NCBI GenBank assembly: GCA_023230565.1
Contig: JALNXD010000005.1
Coordinates: forward strand, 1,169-65,168
Length of the DNA: 64,000 nt
From: Syntrophales bacterium
GTDB taxonomy: Bacteria > Desulfobacterota > Syntrophia > Syntrophales > UBA2210
Direction of reading: 5' to 3'
Positions 39,742 to 48,579 of this stretch are shown in pieces. Both the position numbers and the translations under genes were made by a program. The first letter of the stretch is position 1. Each line of letters starts with the position of its first letter. Under the pieces are notes generated by a model. That model did no database searches. It worked only from the letters and a program-made list of their open reading frames with translations, and was not told where the DNA came from.

Positions 39742-40567
39742 TATCTTCAATGTGCTTATAATCAACAGGTGGTTCGTTTTTGGAATTATACTGGCCGTTC
39801 TTTTGGTTATCGTATTTACGGCAGGTGCCTGGTTTTCCCGGTATGATCCATATAATGCCTCATTCAGTCCGCTCAGTCCGCCATCAGCCCGGCACTGGCT
39901 AGGGGTAAACGATGGAGGCATGGATATATTTTCAGAGTTGATGTACGCAGTCAGAAATACAGTTTTGTTTGGGGTTCTTTCTGCTGCGGCCGCCCTTGCA
40001 CTCGGAATATTCGCAGGATTGACAGCTGCCTGGAAAGGTGGATTGACAGGAAATATTTTGATGCGGTTGTCCGAGGTCATAATGTCTGTTCCACCGGTAA
40101 TGATCATGATTATAGTCGCATCGTTTATGCGACCTTCTGCTGTTACGCTTGCCTTTACGCTTTCTCTTGTTTCCTGGCCTACGACAGCAAAAGCGATCCG
40201 GTCTCAGGCGCTCGCTTTGCGGGAAAGAATGCATGTAAGGGCCGCAAGAGATATGGGGGGGACCAGCAGCTATATAATAGTACGACATCTTTTACCGGAA
40301 TTATTCCCGCTGTATTTAATCGGTTTCATCGCCAAATTACGCATGGCGGTCTTCATGGAGGCATCTTTGGCGTTTCTGGGGCTTTTCGATCCTGCAAGAA
40401 AGTCAATCGGTTCAATGATTCGCTACGCGCTGCAGTATTATTATCTGGACGTATGGCTGAATTGGCTTATTCCGCCTGTTGTATGTTTCAGTCTGATCAT
40501 TATGAGCATTACGTTTCTCGCGATAAGTCTTGAGGAAGTATTTGATCCAAGGCTCAAGGAAATTTGA
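39731..40567 (+). CDS. ABC transporter permease (DppC/OppC-like)
   Basis: 278-aa multi-TM ORF with HWLGVNDGGMDIFS and the EAA-like AARDMGGTSSYIIVRHLLPE. It overlaps the upstream permease gene by 11 nt. Confidence 0.85.
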   Translation: MKHNIFNVLIINRWFVFGIILAVLLVIVFTAGAWFSRYDPYNASFSPLSPPSARHWLGVNDGGMDIFSELMYAVRNTVLFGVLSAAAALALGIFAGLTAAWKGGLTGNILMRLSEVIMSVPPVMIMIIVASFMRPSAVTLAFTLSLVSWPTTAKAIRSQALALRERMHVRAARDMGGTSSYIIVRHLLPELFPLYLIGFIAKLRMAVFMEASLAFLGLFDPARKSIGSMIRYALQYYYLDVWLNWLIPPVVCFSLIIMSITFLAISLEEVFDPRLKEI

Positions 40568-40568
40568 A

Positions 40569-42584
40569 ATGGTTGAAATAGAGAATTACTCTGCAGTTTA
40601 TCAAGACGGAAATCACTCTCTTCTGGCACTGGATAGAGTTACTTTTTCTTTAAATGAAGGGTATATTACAGTGCTTATAGGGGAATCCGGATCGGGAAAA
40701 ACAACGATGGCAAATGCAATAATGGGGCTTCTTCCAAAAAATACGGTCACCGAAGGCAGCATACGGCTGAACGGTGATGAACTTACGCACCTGGATGACG
40801 ATTCCTACCGCAAATTACGATGGCGTACAATGGCAATGGTATTTCAAAATAGTGCAGCTGTTCTCAATCCAGTGCAGCGTATCGTAAATCAGGTAGCAGA
40901 ACCCTTAATATACCATTTAGGTATCAAAAAAGAAGAAGCCCTTCAAATAACCGAAAAAAAACTTGCCCACATGTCTATTTCTTCAGATGAAATGTTTCGT
41001 TATCCTCATGAATTAAGCGGCGGCCAGATTCAGAGAACACTCTTTGCAATGGCACTTATTCTCAATCCACGGGTGCTGATCCTGGATGAACCGACTTCCG
41101 CTATGGATGCGGCTCTAAAAGCATTTATGATTTCTTTACTAAAAGAGCTTAAGTCGAAAGGAACGGCAATTCTGCTCATAACTCATGATCTTGATCTTGC
41201 GGTAAAAACGGCCGACGAGGCGATAATGTTGTATCTCGGCCAAATAATGGAGGTTCTGCCGGCTCGCGATCTTATGCAAACCCTCTTCCATCCTTGTACA
41301 GTTGCGATGTGCCGCTCTTTTCCGACAATGGATGCAGTAAGGGATCTGGGAGGTATGCGTGGTGACGCGTTTTATCGTTATACACATGTTCACAGGCTTA
41401 GCGACGGAAAAACGGAGCCGCATGTGCATATTGCTGCAGGAGCGGATAGAGAGGGCGGACATGCACCTATACTTGGATGTCTGTTCCGGCCTCGCTGCAC
41501 ACAAGCGGTGGAGGAATGCGGAAGAACATCAATTCAGCTTACTCAGGCCGGAACGCATAAAGTGCGGTGTGTGCGGGGGGGGATTGTCGATCTTCTTCAA
41601 TTGAAACAGATTAAAAAGGCGTACGGCAGGATTACGGCGGTCGATAATGCCAGTGTATCGCTTCGTGCAGGTGAGATTCTTACAATCGTAGGTGAAACAG
41701 GATCAGGAAAAACAACACTTGCGATGATAGCCGCCGGTGCCATTGAGCAAGACTCAGGGATGAGAACATTTAAAGATCGCACTATTGATGAATGGATTAA
41801 AAACGAGCGTTTCTCCTTTGCATCCGAAGTTGGGATTATCTATCAAAATCCGGCTGAATCGGTCAGCCATCGCTTTACTGTCTATGATATTGTGGCGGAA
41901 CCGCTGCATATTCAAAATAAGTCTTCAGGCGCAGCAGCCAGTAAAAAAAGAAGCGGGACACAAAATGAAGAAGAAAGAAAAAAAGTGCTCAATGCATTGA
42001 CTGATGTTCATCTGCCGGTTGAGCCCGATTTTCTCATGCGTCACCCTCATGAACTAAATATGGGCGCCATTCAGCGTTTATGCATTGCCCGTGCGTTAGT
42101 ACATGATCCCGTGCTTATCGTGGCCGATGAACCGACAAGCGCGCTGGATCCCAGTGTGCAGGCCAAAGTAATAAAATTACTTTTAAATCTTCAGATTGAA
42201 AAAGGATTGACCATTATTTTTGTAACCCATGACATCGGTGTTGCACGGAAGATAAGCGATCGCATATGTGTGATGCTCGCAGGACGGATAGTAGAAATTG
42301 GTCCTGCTTCAAAAATAATCAATGAACCCCGTCATCCGTATACGGAGCTTCTTATTGATAGTGCACGAGGAGAATTAATTCACTTTGAATCACCGAAAAG
42401 TGAGCAATCGGTAAGTCCGGACGGCTGCCCTTTTGCGAATAGATGCAGCCGGCGTGTTGGTAAATGTCTCGAGATGAATCCGCCGTGCAGTAATGTGCAA
42501 GGACAATCACATTTATTCTGGTGTTTCAATCCGGTAGTCCTTTTTTCATACGACAAAAAAATGAGAACTGACGGGGAGAAATAA
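40569..42584 (+). CDS. fused double ABC ATPase (DppD-DppF-like in one polypeptide)
   Basis: Start trimmed to ATG 40569, 1 nt after the upstream stop. It has two Walker A motifs (GESGSGKT, GETGSGKT), two signature motifs (LSGGQIQR and a degenerate LNMGAIQR) and two Cys-rich C-terminal oligopeptide-transporter-type tails. Confidence 0.85.
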   Translation: MVEIENYSAVYQDGNHSLLALDRVTFSLNEGYITVLIGESGSGKTTMANAIMGLLPKNTVTEGSIRLNGDELTHLDDDSYRKLRWRTMAMVFQNSAAVLNPVQRIVNQVAEPLIYHLGIKKEEALQITEKKLAHMSISSDEMFRYPHELSGGQIQRTLFAMALILNPRVLILDEPTSAMDAALKAFMISLLKELKSKGTAILLITHDLDLAVKTADEAIMLYLGQIMEVLPARDLMQTLFHPCTVAMCRSFPTMDAVRDLGGMRGDAFYRYTHVHRLSDGKTEPHVHIAAGADREGGHAPILGCLFRPRCTQAVEECGRTSIQLTQAGTHKVRCVRGGIVDLLQLKQIKKAYGRITAVDNASVSLRAGEILTIVGETGSGKTTLAMIAAGAIEQDSGMRTFKDRTIDEWIKNERFSFASEVGIIYQNPAESVSHRFTVYDIVAEPLHIQNKSSGAAASKKRSGTQNEEERKKVLNALTDVHLPVEPDFLMRHPHELNMGAIQRLCIARALVHDPVLIVADEPTSALDPSVQAKVIKLLLNLQIEKGLTIIFVTHDIGVARKISDRICVMLAGRIVEIGPASKIINEPRHPYTELLIDSARGELIHFESPKSEQSVSPDGCPFANRCSRRVGKCLEMNPPCSNVQGQSHLFWCFNPVVLFSYDKKMRTDGEK

Positions 42585-42806
42585 AAATCTTGTCAGGAAC
42601 TTGTAGTGTGCTACTGTCTGAAATAATTTTTTTGTAAAAAACTTCTTTATGCCCTAAGTAAAAAATGCATGAGCTTTTTCATCACTTACTTAAAGCCGGT
42701 TACACATTCTTTGTCATCGGGTACTGTCTTCGGTATCTGAAAATCAAGAATTTCTAGTAATTGAGGATAATATCTAAAGAAATGAAGGAATCAATAAAGG
42801 AATATC

Positions 42807-43448
42807 ATGCTATTTACTTGCCCTGAATGTGGTCGGATCAGCGATATCGGCCCAATAAAATTTAAAAAACCTCTGGTGCATGCTAAATGCAAGTATTGTG
42901 GTGCCGGAGAAATGCTTAAAATCGGGACAACATCCGACGGTTTCGAAAAGGATTTAATTTCTTATCAGGCATATTCCGATGAAAATTTGAATGCCACATA
43001 CGATTCTGAACGCATGGCAGAGGATGGCCCCATTTATGAAAATTATGGCGATGCGTCTTCAACAGCAGAAAATTCGAGGAGAAAGATTTTTAAAATTGCT
43101 GCCGTTTTTGCCGTGTTTGCGTTTATAGCAATGGCATTTCCTCATGCAGGAGAATTATTTTTCAGTTATAAAAGCGCGTCCGCCCTGAAAACGGCAAAAA
43201 TATTTGTCATCAAAAACCCCGAAATAGCGGCTCAGACAGGTGATAACAGAAGATTGAGACTGGTTCGCAGGAGATTCGTTCAATTAACCGACGAGAAAAA
43301 AAATGCACAATTTGGGTTCCGTGTCAAGGGAACAGCAGGAACAGCTGATGTTGTGGTCTATCTTGAAAACAAAGATGATTCATGGAAAATAATGTCGGCT
43401 TTTTATAAAGATGGTAAAGGAACGGTCCGCCGGCTTCCGGTAAAGTAA
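42807..43448 (+). CDS. hypothetical membrane protein with N-terminal MJ0042-type zinc ribbon
   Basis: 213-aa ORF with CPECG...CKYCG (CxxC-x24-CxxC), one central TM helix (IFKIAAVFAVFAFIAMAF) and a C-terminal soluble domain. Confidence 0.55.
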   Translation: MLFTCPECGRISDIGPIKFKKPLVHAKCKYCGAGEMLKIGTTSDGFEKDLISYQAYSDENLNATYDSERMAEDGPIYENYGDASSTAENSRRKIFKIAAVFAVFAFIAMAFPHAGELFFSYKSASALKTAKIFVIKNPEIAAQTGDNRRLRLVRRRFVQLTDEKKNAQFGFRVKGTAGTADVVVYLENKDDSWKIMSAFYKDGKGTVRRLPVK

Positions 43449-43525
43449 AAAAGAGAACATTACGAACAGATCAATTGCCCGCAAACATTCCGTTAGAGAA
43501 TCCTTTTCCGTTTCATCTCAGGTAA

Positions 43526-44194
43526 TTATAAGTACGCGAGTACATGATCCATGATTAAGCTGAAATTCCGTTGTACGTTATTACTGCCCGTAATTAGCTC
43601 CATATGACCTGGTAAAAGATATTCTGCATCGTAGTGCGACAGTCTGGTTATGCTCTCTTTTAGAAGACGGCTGTCTCCTCCGGGGAAATCCGTTCTGCCT
43701 ACGTTCTGGAAAAAAAGTACATCGCCCGAAAAAAGAGCTTTTTTCACGGGCCAGTAGAGAGCAAGAGATCCGGGTGAATGGCCCGGGACATGGACAACTT
43801 CAAAATTTTCACTGCCAAAAGTAACAGGTCCTTCTTTAAGCTGCATGTCTATAGTGATTTCGGGTGCACGGAGTCCGAACATATCATACATATTTTTACC
43901 TGTGGAATTGTAAAATTCCACTTCTTCCTTCAGCATGCATACCAGAACATTGTCCTTTCCGTTAAGGAGCTCCGATGCTTCAAAATGGTCCGGATGTGAA
44001 TGAGTATTGATAACTATACGAATGTCTTCCTGCGCGATTCCATCCTCTTCCATTCTTGCCAGAAGGTCCGGGAAAAAACATGAAAGGCCCGGGTCTATCA
44101 GAGCACCTGTACTCCCGCCGATATAATAACTGTTGCAATTGTTTTCAAAAGGATTTTTCCATTCATATGCGTAAAGATCTTTTGTTACCTTCAT
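43526..44194 (-). CDS. MBL-fold metallo-hydrolase
   Basis: 222-aa ORF with the THSHPDH metal motif and a downstream HVPGHSPG. Confidence 0.8.
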   Translation of the reverse strand: MKVTKDLYAYEWKNPFENNCNSYYIGGSTGALIDPGLSCFFPDLLARMEEDGIAQEDIRIVINTHSHPDHFEASELLNGKDNVLVCMLKEEVEFYNSTGKNMYDMFGLRAPEITIDMQLKEGPVTFGSENFEVVHVPGHSPGSLALYWPVKKALFSGDVLFFQNVGRTDFPGGDSRLLKESITRLSHYDAEYLLPGHMELITGSNNVQRNFSLIMDHVLAYL

Positions 44195-44217
44195 AATTGA
44201 TGCCTCATAAATGTATT

Positions 44218-45171
44218 TTAAGGAAAATAGCGAATAGGATTCTTGGGTCCGTTTTTATATCGTATTTCAAAATAAAGAAAATGAGACCCAGTTTTTTCAT
44301 CAAGGTTGGCAGTTGCAATACTGTCGCCTCTTAAGACCATATCCCCTGTTTTTACTTTTCTGGACTTCAGATTCGCATATATGCTCATGTAATCTTTTCT
44401 ATGTTTTATCATGACAGTATTTCCGTAATACTTGATAGCATCTGAATGAATGACTTTTCCGTCTTCAGACGCTTTCACAATGTTGTTTTTTTTCGAAACG
44501 ATGGTGATTCCATTTGAAACGGTTCCATCAGCCTGCCGTCCGAATTGAGTCGAAATATTTCCTTTAAGGGGCCATATAAATTCAAGTTTTCCTGTTCTGG
44601 CAGGAAGAGATTTCTCTTTCGGTTCTGCCACGCCTGTTGAAGCGGAAACGGGAGGGGGGAGTTTATTTTCTTTTTTTTCAGCTGATAGTGCGTTCTCCGA
44701 CGGTGAGTGAGTTTCTCCAATTCGAGAGGAGGCTTTTTCAGGCGTATCAAGACGTTCAATCTTGACTGTCTCGGCAAGGTTTTCCTCTTGAATTTCAGCA
44801 CCTGCCGAGCCTCGTGCAGCCTCAAGTTCATGCACCGGTTTCGGTTTTACTTCTTTCATTGAAGATTTTTTTGCTGCTTTAGAAAACTGGTCAGCAAGCG
44901 GGTCAGCCTCCGAGGCGGATGCAGACCGGACCTTTTTTGCTCCCGGTATAAAGAGGACAATATCGGAGTCTATCCTGTCGGGATCCCGGATTCTGTTGGC
45001 TGAGGCCAGTTCGTTTACCGGAATTTTGTATCTGTGGGCAATCTGTGAAAGGGTTTCACCTTCTTTCATCCGGTGGTATACACCTTTTACACCCCGTGGA
45101 GCGGCACAGGAAAAACAAAGAGACAGCAACACCATAAAACCGGAAAATAAATGTATTCGTTTCAGCACCAT
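44218..45171 (-). CDS. nlpD: LysM/M23 peptidase lipoprotein (NlpD-like)
   Basis: The start is trimmed to ATG 45171 (MVLKRIHLFSGFMVLLSLCFSC lipobox). The protein has a LysM module (YHRMKEGETLSQIAHRY), a low-complexity linker and a C-terminal M23-like domain. This start abuts the upstream stop. Confidence 0.8.
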   Translation of the reverse strand: MVLKRIHLFSGFMVLLSLCFSCAAPRGVKGVYHRMKEGETLSQIAHRYKIPVNELASANRIRDPDRIDSDIVLFIPGAKKVRSASASEADPLADQFSKAAKKSSMKEVKPKPVHELEAARGSAGAEIQEENLAETVKIERLDTPEKASSRIGETHSPSENALSAEKKENKLPPPVSASTGVAEPKEKSLPARTGKLEFIWPLKGNISTQFGRQADGTVSNGITIVSKKNNIVKASEDGKVIHSDAIKYYGNTVMIKHRKDYMSIYANLKSRKVKTGDMVLRGDSIATANLDEKTGSHFLYFEIRYKNGPKNPIRYFP

Positions 45172-45172
45172 T

Positions 45173-45754
45173 TTACACAATATATTTAATGAGTATAAAG
45201 CCTCCCGCAAGAAGGACAGTAAATAAAACAGTCAATAAATTAAAATATTTGTCTATAAATAAACGTATTCCTGCGCCGAAAAGATAGATGAACCACGCTA
45301 CGAGAAAAAAACGGGCGGTTCTGCTGATTGCTGATGCGGCCATGAATACAGAAAAATCTATCTGAAAAGCACCTCCGGCAATTGTAAAGATTTTATAGGG
45401 TATGGGAGTAAACCCTGCTATCATTACCGCCCAGGCGTTATATCGATTGTAAAGGTCGCCTATCGACGTATATTCTTCGGATAGCCCGTAGAAGTCGATT
45501 ATTCGAAATCCGGCGACTTCCATCAGCTGCAGCCCAATTAAATATCCCAATGCTCCTCCGGCGATCGAACCTGCAGAACAAACCAACGCATACCGGAAAG
45601 ATTTGGCCGGAATTGAAATCGCGAGCGTAATCAAGAGAACATCGGGAGGAACCGGGAAGAAACTTGATTCGGCAAATGCAAGAAAAAAAAGAGCCCACGT
45701 TCCGTATGGCGTTTCGGCCCAGTGCAGGACCCAGTCATACATTCTTTTGATCAT
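45173..45754 (-). CDS. YqaA/DedA-superfamily membrane protein
   Basis: 193-aa multi-TM ORF with the AFAESSFFPVPPDVLL motif typical of SNARE-associated/DedA-like proteins. Confidence 0.72.
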   Translation of the reverse strand: MIKRMYDWVLHWAETPYGTWALFFLAFAESSFFPVPPDVLLITLAISIPAKSFRYALVCSAGSIAGGALGYLIGLQLMEVAGFRIIDFYGLSEEYTSIGDLYNRYNAWAVMIAGFTPIPYKIFTIAGGAFQIDFSVFMAASAISRTARFFLVAWFIYLFGAGIRLFIDKYFNLLTVLFTVLLAGGFILIKYIV

Positions 45755-45763
45755 GGCGAAGCT

Positions 45764-46417
45764 TCAGCCTTTCCAGCCGTGTTCTCCGATTAGGTTTACA
45801 AAGCGGCAGCCCCCCAGGTTCTCCGACTTAGTGGTTTCGGGATTATCGGACAGACGAGTCAGTTTTATCAGTGTCTGCGAATTCCGGTCACCGATTGGTA
45901 TCACAAGGCGGCCTCCCGGTGCAAGCTGCTCTATAAAGGTTTTGGGAACTTGAGGTGCTCCTGCGGTTGTAATTATCGCATCAAAAGGGGCTTCATCCTT
46001 CCAGCCATACGTTCCGTCTGCAACTCGTATCAATACATTGAAATATTTTAACGAATCAAGTAATTTACGTGCTCTTGTGGCGAGTCCTGCGATCCTTTCG
46101 ACAGAAAACACCCTGTCGCAAAGCAGAGAAAGAACTGCTGTCTGGTATCCGGAACCGGTTCCGATTTCCAAAACCTTTTCATCGCCGCGCAGTTGGAGTG
46201 CCTCTGTCATACGCGCAACAATATAGGGCTGCGATATTGTTTGCCGTTCGCCAATCGGAAGCGGGTTGTCCGAATAAGCCTGACCGATAATTCCTTCATC
46301 TACAAACAAATGGCGTGGAACCGTTTCCATGGCCCTCAGGAGAGCTTCATCAGTGATACCTCGTGCTTTGATTTGATTTTCTATCATTTTAATCCGCTGG
46401 TTTTTATACCGATTCAT
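45764..46417 (-). CDS. pcm: protein-L-isoaspartate O-methyltransferase
   Basis: 217-aa ORF with [10 protein letters not shown], the SAM motif [13 protein letters not shown] and GGRLVIPIG. Confidence 0.9.
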   Translation of the reverse strand: MNRYKNQRIKMIENQIKARGITDEALLRAMETVPRHLFVDEGIIGQAYSDNPLPIGERQTISQPYIVARMTEALQLRGDEKVLEIGTGSGYQTAVLSLLCDRVFSVERIAGLATRARKLLDSLKYFNVLIRVADGTYGWKDEAPFDAIITTAGAPQVPKTFIEQLAPGGRLVIPIGDRNSQTLIKLTRLSDNPETTKSENLGGCRFVNLIGEHGWKG

Positions 46418-46772
46418 CGCACCTCGAAAACTCCCCTTTTTTAGGCGGTATTTTATAAGTCTCTTCGACCCATGTATGTCTCCGGAATCCCATGGCCTCT
46501 CTGGTCACAATAAGATAATACTGCCTCAATTTGGCGTATTCCCTGGCCTCGTTAAAATTTGCAATTTCAGAGTTCAAATCATTGTAGAAAGATTCTTCTA
46601 CAGACATGTTTTTTTCGACAAGGCGGATGCATTCAATTTTTTTATTGATGGATCTTCCTAAACTATCGAGCCGCTCGAGGGCGTCGGACATTTTTCTGCC
46701 TGCCAGGGCAAGCACCTCAGCTCTTTCTCTTAAAATTTCTTCTTGTGTTTTTTCAAGCTTTTCTTCAGACAT
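46404..46772 (-). CDS. hypothetical coiled-coil protein
   Basis: A charged, helical ORF overlapping the pcm start by 14 nt. The start is taken at MSEEKLEKT (46772), and the ORF is open to 46847. I recognise no family. Confidence 0.4.
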   Translation of the reverse strand: MSEEKLEKTQEEILRERAEVLALAGRKMSDALERLDSLGRSINKKIECIRLVEKNMSVEESFYNDLNSEIANFNEAREYAKLRQYYLIVTREAMGFRRHTWVEETYKIPPKKGEFSRCDESV

Positions 46773-46995
46773 TGTACGAAATTCGGTTCTCTGCAGCCTC
46801 TTGCGACGGAATACTCTCCGATTGAACTTTTCAGGAAAGATGCCCAAAGGTCGTCCGTCACTTTATTTTCCTAGGGATATACGCGACTATAATTAAAAAG
46901 TCCAGCCTTGAACAGAAAATTAAGTTAGTTTGACTTTCAATACGCGCTGTATTAGATATCAAAGTCAACGCGAATTGGTGAAGAGGATACGATCA

Positions 46996-48579
46996 ATGAC
47001 CGCAACAAAAACGAATGCCCTCTCACGTGCACTTAGTGCTGCCTACAAGAGAGGAGTGGATGACGAGATGCTGGAGCCGCTGGTGCTTTTAGATGAAAAA
47101 GGAAATCCTGAAGGACGCCTGCAAAGAGGTGATTCGGTAATTTTCTATAATATAAGGGGAGAGCGGGAAATTGAACTTACCAGAAGTCTCACGGAAAGGA
47201 ATTTTGGAGAATTTCCCGTTGAGCGGGATCTGGACCTGAATTTTGCCACGATGATAGAATATAAAAAGGGGCTACCGGTCGCTGTGGCATTCCCCCCCGA
47301 AGAATGCATTACCGATACACTGAGCTCAGTGATCGCAAGGGCGGGAAAGCTCCAGACGAAGATTACAGAAGCTGAAAAAGCCATTCATCTGGGATACTTT
47401 TTGAACGGTAAGCGTTCAGCTGCAGAGGCAGGAGAGGAACGGATTATCATTGCTACAAGAAAAGACGTTGTTCTTTTTGATGAAGCGCCGCGAATGTCGA
47501 TCGATGAAATCACGGAAAATGTGATTACCAAAATGCGGGATAAATCAAGGGACATACTTATTGTCAATTATCCTAACGTTGATGTAGTAGGGCATATAGA
47601 AAACAGAAACGCGGTTATTGATGCAGTAGAAGCAGTAGACGAAGCCCTTGGAATCGTTCTGGAGGAGGCGGAGAAGAACAATGTTATCTCTATAGTAACG
47701 GCAGATCATGGAACTGTCGAAAAATGGTATTATCCCGATGGAAAAATAGATACCGGACATACCGATTCGCCGGTTCCGTTCATTATCGTCTCAAAAGACG
47801 ATAATTTACGGCTTAGACGCAATGGAGAACTTTCTGACGTGGCTCCGTCGATACTGCATTTAATGGGGATTGACATACCGCCGGCTATGGCAGGTCATTC
47901 TCTCATTTGCGGCGATATCGAAGTAAAAAAAAGGGTGCTGCTTTTGATTTTGGATGGGTGGGGACTTGGAGAAAAGGGACGGAATAATTTAATCTACGAG
48001 GCAAAAACCCCTGTTATGGACCGTTTGATGAGCGTGTACCCGCATTCCATCCTGAAAGCCTCGGGCGAAGCCGTGGGGCTGCCTGAAAAAACCGTGGGAA
48101 ATTCGGAGGTTGGCCATCTTCATATAGGCGCGGGAAGAAGGATATATTCGGATCGGGTGAGGATAAACAGGGCAATCGCCGAAGGGTCGTTCATGAAAAT
48201 CGAGGCCTTGAACAAAGTCATGGACTCATCCATTCTAGAAGGCAGTGCACTGCACTTGATGGGAATTGTATCTTTTTTCAGTTCCCACGGGTCAGTCGAT
48301 CATTTGTGCGCACTTATGGAGATGGCAAAGAAGAAGGGGGTAAAAGAGCTCTATGTGCACGCAATGCTTGGAAGGCGCGGCGAAAGGCCTGAAAGCGGCG
48401 CACTTTATATAGAAAAAATCGAACAGCAGTGTCAGAAATTGGATCTTGGTTCCGTTGTTTCGGTAATAGGCAGATATTGGTCCATGGACAGAGAGGAAAA
48501 TTGGAACAGAATAGAAAAAACATACAGAATGCTCGTATATGGTGAGGGAACGGGTATTCCGGAAAGGGGCAGCCTGTGA
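46996..48579 (+). CDS. gpmI: 2,3-bisphosphoglycerate-independent phosphoglycerate mutase, circularly permuted domain order
   Basis: ATG 46996 follows AAGAGGA. Residues encoded by 46996-47907 align with the C-terminal ~290 aa of canonical iPGM (EAEKAIH..NYPNVDVVGH..TADHG..SDVAPSIL). Residues encoded from ~47926 align with the N-terminal ~225 aa (LLILDGWG..GNSEVGH..GRYWSMDRE). Confidence 0.8.
   Translation: MTATKTNALSRALSAAYKRGVDDEMLEPLVLLDEKGNPEGRLQRGDSVIFYNIRGEREIELTRSLTERNFGEFPVERDLDLNFATMIEYKKGLPVAVAFPPEECITDTLSSVIARAGKLQTKITEAEKAIHLGYFLNGKRSAAEAGEERIIIATRKDVVLFDEAPRMSIDEITENVITKMRDKSRDILIVNYPNVDVVGHIENRNAVIDAVEAVDEALGIVLEEAEKNNVISIVTADHGTVEKWYYPDGKIDTGHTDSPVPFIIVSKDDNLRLRRNGELSDVAPSILHLMGIDIPPAMAGHSLICGDIEVKKRVLLLILDGWGLGEKGRNNLIYEAKTPVMDRLMSVYPHSILKASGEAVGLPEKTVGNSEVGHLHIGAGRRIYSDRVRINRAIAEGSFMKIEALNKVMDSSILEGSALHLMGIVSFFSSHGSVDHLCALMEMAKKKGVKELYVHAMLGRRGERPESGALYIEKIEQQCQKLDLGSVVSVIGRYWSMDREENWNRIEKTYRMLVYGEGTGIPERGSL

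Noticed and set aside
39577-40107. 176-aa minus-strand ORF across the permease junction.
   Set aside because: It is antisense to two ABC permease genes that have clear family motifs. It is a shadow ORF.
23841-43525. A classical tRNA-integrated genomic island or prophage.
   Set aside because: I saw no integrase, transposase, phage or conjugation genes. I also saw no obvious direct repeat of the tRNA 3' end at the distal side. Nucleotide composition looks similar to the flanks by eye. I kept only the weaker statement that the block looks accessory.
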